DNA of 29,348 nucleotides from a virus: UHGV virus genome UHGV-0299458; one strand, 5' to 3'. Shown piece by piece: positions 26,009 to 29,348 of this stretch (position 1 is its first letter; each line of letters starts with the position of its first letter). The notes under the pieces were generated by a model. It saw only the letters and a program-made list of their open reading frames with translations, ran no database searches and was not told where the DNA came from. The position numbers and the translations under genes were made by a program.

Positions 26009-26014
26009 GACACG

Positions 26015-26992
26015 TCACCCCCTGAATCCCGGCGGTATTTCAGTGTCCGGTTCAGAAATGTGATTCACGCAACGCTGCGCAGGCGAACGCCCCAGGCGGA
26101 TAACCAGTTCATCCCATTTTTCCCGGAGTTTTGCCGGACTCATGATGTTTTTTACCCAGAACGAATCCCGCTGGAGACGCCCAAACATTTCACAAATTTG
26201 TCTGTGAGTTCTGCCATCCAGCATCCGCATTGTGCGAACGTCATTGGCCCATGCTGTCCAGTTGGGTTCTTTCGGTCTAGTGATCTCGCCATCATCGCTG
26301 GCCGCCTGCTCGTAAAGACTCACGATTCGTCCCCAGATCCACTGTGCGCACACCAAATCTTCCTGACTTCCCCACTGGCGTTTTTTCGCACTGAACACAA
26401 CCGCGTCAGGGTGTCGGGTTAAAAAATCCTGTTCAGCCGTCTGCGGGTCCGGTTGCGAAGCGTCCGGACAAGAAGATCTTTTATCTGACGGATCAGGTTT
26501 TAATACTGACGGATCGGGGTCAATCATCGCCCCCCTAATCGGCAGTTTTTTATCAACAGTTGATCCATCAAAATTTGACGGGTCAACCGTTGAGGGGTCA
26601 ATATTTGACGGGTCAACTGTTAACGGGTCATTTTTTGCCGGGCTAATTTTTCTTTTCGGTTTATATGACTCACGCGCCGCCGCCGCAGCTGCTTCGAGTT
26701 TTTCCACATTAAGCCGATAGATATTGCTTACATTACGCCCACCGACCTTACGCTCTTCCTTCGTCAGCCAGCCCTCTTTCGCCAGTTCTGCAATAGCCGA
26801 TTTCACTGTGGATTCACTTCTTGCACCGATCTGACGCCGGATAGTTTCAATGGCAGGCCATGACACGCCCTCGTCATTGCTGTAGTCTGCAAGACGGGCC
26901 ATAACCGCCACCCTGGATAAGATCATGCCGGTGAAGGCGCACCCTTCCCAGACAAGACCATGAAGCTTGCTGCTCATAAAACCCCCGAACAC
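26015..26992 (-). CDS. Replication initiator, lambda O-like (N-terminal winged-helix DNA-binding domain, iteron-encoded linker, C-terminal domain)
   Basis: 325-aa ORF directly upstream of the DnaC-like gene; the central DPLTVDPSNIDPSTVDPSNFDGSTVD linker is encoded by DNA iterons, the same architecture as lambda O/ori. Confidence 0.85.
   Translation of the reverse strand: MFGGFMSSKLHGLVWEGCAFTGMILSRVAVMARLADYSNDEGVSWPAIETIRRQIGARSESTVKSAIAELAKEGWLTKEERKVGGRNVSNIYRLNVEKLEAAAAAARESYKPKRKISPAKNDPLTVDPSNIDPSTVDPSNFDGSTVDKKLPIRGAMIDPDPSVLKPDPSDKRSSCPDASQPDPQTAEQDFLTRHPDAVVFSAKKRQWGSQEDLVCAQWIWGRIVSLYEQAASDDGEITRPKEPNWTAWANDVRTMRMLDGRTHRQICEMFGRLQRDSFWVKNIMSPAKLREKWDELVIRLGRSPAQRCVNHISEPDTEIPPGFRG
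26485..26670. repeat. Origin of replication: about 7 iterons (core GACGG(A/G)TC / GGGGTCA) followed by an AT-rich stretch, inside the O-like gene
   Basis: Repeats seen at about 26487, 26508, 26515, 26577, 26593, 26607 and 26622, then a T-rich tract 26628-26665. Confidence 0.6.
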
Positions 26993-26999
26993 CGTGCTT

Positions 27000-27425
27000 T
27001 TAGTGCATCACCACAGCATTCCCTGCCGGGCCGCCGCGATTCATCTGGTCATACAAAACAACCGCTGACGCAACAAAATCATCGACATCCTTCACCAGCC
27101 GATCCCTCCGTTCGACGATCTCACGGTAATATTCAGAACTGTGGCTGCGCATACGGGCCACCAGCAAAGGCGGCATCGCCTTTTCGATCGCCGGTAACAG
27201 AGCCTGCATTTTTTCAACAGCATCAGGGGTGTCTTTATCCAGCCAACGGAAAATTTTCTGGGTATTACGGGCCAGGGCTTCCGGATGGCTGTCGTCATAC
27301 AGTTCCGGGAACGTCATTCCCAGCTCGAAATACGCTTTGGTAATTTTCGCAGCCGGTACTTTTTCGCCGTCCGGATGCGCCCAGACATTCATCGCCATGC
27401 GGATGTGTTCATGCTTGATTTTCAT
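27000..27425 (-). CDS. YdaT-like protein (occupies the CII position)
   Basis: MKIKHEHIRMAMNVWAHPDG...; the MKIKHEHI N-terminus and size match the Rac prophage YdaT family as recalled. Confidence 0.75.
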   Translation of the reverse strand: MKIKHEHIRMAMNVWAHPDGEKVPAAKITKAYFELGMTFPELYDDSHPEALARNTQKIFRWLDKDTPDAVEKMQALLPAIEKAMPPLLVARMRSHSSEYYREIVERRDRLVKDVDDFVASAVVLYDQMNRGGPAGNAVVMH

Positions 27426-27637
27426 GAATCATTCTTTCCTTCGTTCGAGGTGCTATCCTGCTTCTTGTAAAGTTCTGGGTTGTATTTCAATTCACTGTTA
27501 GTAATTTCATCCAGTTCCATTGCGCGAAGTTTGGGAATAACTGCTTTCCACCGCACAACAGCCACATGTGAAATTCCAAGAGCCTCAGCTACTAGTCGCT
27601 TTTTTTTGAAATAGCGCAGAACATCATCTTTGAACAT
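27422..27637 (-). CDS. cro: Cro-like / YdaS-like HTH regulator
   Basis: 71-aa protein with HTH ...KKKRLVAEALGISHVAVVRWKAVIP...; divergent from the CI-like gene; strong AGGAGAG Shine-Dalgarno. Confidence 0.7.
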   Translation of the reverse strand: MFKDDVLRYFKKKRLVAEALGISHVAVVRWKAVIPKLRAMELDEITNSELKYNPELYKKQDSTSNEGKNDS

Positions 27638-27666
27638 AAAACTCTCCTGTTATTTCGAGCAGAAGG

Positions 27667-27728
27667 GTAACAATAGTTACATAACAATGTCAACCATAGC
27701 AACATCACTTGGTAGTAACATTGGTTAC
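27667..27728. promoter_or_regulatory. Right operator region: two 14-bp palindromic operators GTAAC-N4-GTTAC (27667..27680 and 27715..27728), with a TTGACA -35 for the cro promoter between them
   Basis: GTAACAATAGTTAC and GTAACATTGGTTAC in the cro/cI intergenic region; TGTCAA on the plus strand at 27688-27693 gives a consensus -35 on the cro strand. Confidence 0.5.
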
Positions 27729-28403
27729 ATGAAAAACACTATCAGCGAACGTATTCGGAATCGTCGAAAAGACGTTGGATTAACCCAACAGCAGGTTGCG
27801 AAAGCAATCGGCATATCTCGTGTATCCGTAACAAAATGGGAAAATGGCTCTTCAAAACCTGACGGTGAGAATTTGTATCTACTGTCAAAATTGCTTTCCA
27901 AATCTCCTGAATGGATTCTTTATGGAAAGGACTGTCACGATAAAACCGATGATCTGCGTCTGAATCAGTACCCTTACATTAGTGACAACATCGCCCGGTT
28001 GCCCGTTTTAACGTGGGAACAGGCTGGTTATTGGGATATGAGTTGTCCAGTAACCAAGATTCCTGGTATTAATAACTGGGTTGATGTCATGACAAAAACC
28101 GCTGAAAACTCTTTTTTATTGCATGTTGAGGGAGATGCGATGACAAACTCTAACGGCCTCCCAACCATCCCCGACGGATCTACCGTGCTGATCACACCAT
28201 GCTCAAGTAACATTAGAGAACTGGTGGGAAAAATAATCTTAATCCAATTGGAAGGAACGCCAAACGTAACACTAAAAAAAGTTGCGATTGACGGACCAAA
28301 CATCTATTTGTTGTCACTGAATCCGCTTTACAAACCCATCGAACTGAATGGTGGTTACACCATTAAAGGTAAAGTTTCACAAATACATCAATACTTAGAC
28401 TGA
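27729..28403 (+). CDS. cI: CI-like prophage repressor (XRE-family HTH plus S24 LexA-like peptidase domain)
   Basis: MKNTISERIRNRRKDVGLTQQQVAKAIGISRVSVTKWENGSSKPDGENLYLLSKLL..., C-terminal ...LLHVEGDAMTNSNG...KKV.... Start taken at 27729, directly abutting the operator; the ORF track extends to 27630. Confidence 0.85.
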   Translation: MKNTISERIRNRRKDVGLTQQQVAKAIGISRVSVTKWENGSSKPDGENLYLLSKLLSKSPEWILYGKDCHDKTDDLRLNQYPYISDNIARLPVLTWEQAGYWDMSCPVTKIPGINNWVDVMTKTAENSFLLHVEGDAMTNSNGLPTIPDGSTVLITPCSSNIRELVGKIILIQLEGTPNVTLKKVAIDGPNIYLLSLNPLYKPIELNGGYTIKGKVSQIHQYLD

Positions 28404-28408
28404 GTCAG

Positions 28409-28433
28409 AACCCGCATTCATTGCGGGTTTTTT
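28409..28433 (+). terminator. Intrinsic terminator downstream of cI
   Basis: AACCCGCATTCATTGCGGGTTTTTTAT: stem CCCGC/GCGGG followed by a U-run. Confidence 0.7.
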
Positions 28434-28452
28434 ATGCCCTCAAATGTACCTT

Positions 28453-28498
28453 TTGCAACATTGTATTGACTCGAAAGGTAACTCTTGTTACCTTAACA
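28453..28498 (+). promoter_or_regulatory. Left operator and early-left promoter region (third GTAAC-N4-GTTAC operator at 28478..28491, next to TTGACT / TTGCAA -35-like hexamers)
   Basis: GGTAACTCTTGTTACC palindrome with the same half-sites as the right operators; exact -10/-35 assignment is uncertain. Confidence 0.4.
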
Positions 28499-28675
28499 AC
28501 ATACCAACCCACCCCGCCCCACAGAACGCAGGGAAATACTTCGAGTTACCCGGCAGTGGTCAGGGGTTAAGTAGCCAGCCCGAGGCGTAAGAACATGACG
28601 GCAGGGTTCAACTTTAATAACTATGCAGCAGGTTTTTGTTCCGCTACCCCGGCGTTAAGGGGAAATGAGGTCAGC

Positions 28676-28831
28676 ATGGATACTATCGATCTTGGCAACA
28701 GCGAATCTCTGGTATGTGGCGTGTTCCCCAACCAGGACGGTACGTTCACCGCGATGACGTATACCAAAAGCAAAACGTTTAAAACCGAAAATGGTGCCCG
28801 TCGCTGGCTGGAAAGAAACTCAGGTGAGTGA
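28676..28831 (+). CDS. ydfA: YdfA-like small protein (51 aa)
   Basis: MDTIDLGNSESLVCGVFPNQDGTFTAMTYTKSKTFKTENGARRWLERNSGE; size and order (repressor-ydfA-ydfB-ydfC) match the Qin prophage as recalled; GAGG RBS. Confidence 0.6.
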   Translation: MDTIDLGNSESLVCGVFPNQDGTFTAMTYTKSKTFKTENGARRWLERNSGE

Positions 28832-28832
28832 T

Positions 28833-28961
28833 ATGGATTTCAACACAATCATGGAAAAGGCTTACGAAGAATACTTCGAAGGCCTTGCCGAAGGCGAAGA
28901 AGCCCTCAGCTTCAGTGAGTTTAAACAGGCGCTTTCCAGTTCGGCAAAATCTAACGGCTGA
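28833..28961 (+). CDS. ydfB: YdfB-like small protein (42 aa)
   Basis: MDFNTIMEKAYEEYFEGLAEGEEALSFSEFKQALSSSAKSNG; not in the ORF track; starts 1 nt after the ydfA-like stop. Confidence 0.5.
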   Translation: MDFNTIMEKAYEEYFEGLAEGEEALSFSEFKQALSSSAKSNG

Positions 28962-28990
28962 TAAGCGAAACAGCACCGCGAGGAATCAGT

Positions 28991-29209
28991 ATGCAGAAAC
29001 GAGAACCCGTCATCATCGTGCCAGACTATACCGATGATGAACTTTATGAGTGGATACACCAGAAAATTAAGGCTGCGCAGGACCTGAAATGGGCCAATGA
29101 AGCCAGGGCTAAGCAGGCTGAAAATCTGTCCGCTCTGGAGCAGGATATCACCAGGCTGGAAAAAGCAGCGGCATTAAGCATTGCCAGAATGATTACATAC
29201 CCGCGTTAG
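28991..29209 (+). CDS. ydfC: YdfC-like small protein (72 aa)
   Basis: MQKREPVIIVPDYTDDELYEWIHQKIKAAQDLKWANEARAKQAENLSALEQDITRLEKAAALSIARMITYPR; size and position match ydfC of Qin as recalled. Confidence 0.55.
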   Translation: MQKREPVIIVPDYTDDELYEWIHQKIKAAQDLKWANEARAKQAENLSALEQDITRLEKAAALSIARMITYPR

Positions 29210-29348
29210 GTGATGCTGCCAACTTACTGATTTAGTGTATGATGGTGTTTTTGAGGTGCTCCAGTGGCTTCTGTTTCTATCAGCTGTCCCTCCTGTTCAG
29301 CTACTGACGGGGTGGTGCGTAACGGCAAAAGCACCGCCGGACATCAGC

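Noticed and set aside
27630-27728. 33-codon N-terminal extension of the CI-like ORF
   Set aside because: It would place both operator palindromes and the cro promoter inside coding sequence and overlap the cro start; the HTH begins shortly after the ATG at 27729.
28404-28675. rexA/rexB-like exclusion genes next to cI
   Set aside because: The interval after cI is only ~270 bp and contains a terminator and promoter/operator but no ORF; no rex-like genes are present.
29210-29348. DicF-like sRNA downstream of the ydfC-like gene
   Set aside because: Synteny with Qin would predict dicF here, but I could not recognise the DicF sequence in the remaining 139 nt, and the window ends.
1-29348. CRISPR arrays, integrase or att sites, IS elements
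   Set aside because: No regularly spaced direct repeats with unique spacers, no tyrosine or serine recombinase-like ORF, and no transposase-like ORF or terminal inverted repeats were seen; the integration module is presumably outside the window.

Overview
This window is a ~29 kb slice of a lambda-like enterobacterial prophage, almost entirely transcribed on the minus strand. Reading left to right it holds the tail and head morphogenesis genes (partial tape measure H, G and G-T with its slippery site, V, U, Z, FII, FI, E, D, C/Nu3, B, W), terminase A and Nu1, and an intact cos site near-identical to lambda cos. Beyond cos lies a phage-21-type lysis module (Rz/Rz1, SAR endolysin, pinholin) interrupted by cargo genes, then a lambda-type Q antiterminator with pR'/tR', three tRNA genes, a nin-like region (RusA, HNH protein, Ea22-like, DUF4406), a hok-type toxin, replication genes (DnaC-like loader, O-like initiator with ori iterons) and an immunity region (YdaT-like, Cro-like, divergent CI-like repressor, ydfA/B/C-like genes). 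The best candidates for undescribed biology are cargo genes at unusual positions: a 297-aa protein of unrecognisable family wedged between pinholin and endolysin, a TonB-C-like lipoprotein next to cos, an AT-rich island at the position where Stx phages carry stx, and two tiny membrane proteins coupled to Rz. The CI repressor also carries Ala in place of the catalytic Ser of its LexA-like peptidase domain. All calls rest on reading the translations against remembered protein families; no database search was run. Coordinates I derived by hand (internal starts, tRNA ends, motifs) may be off by a few nucleotides.
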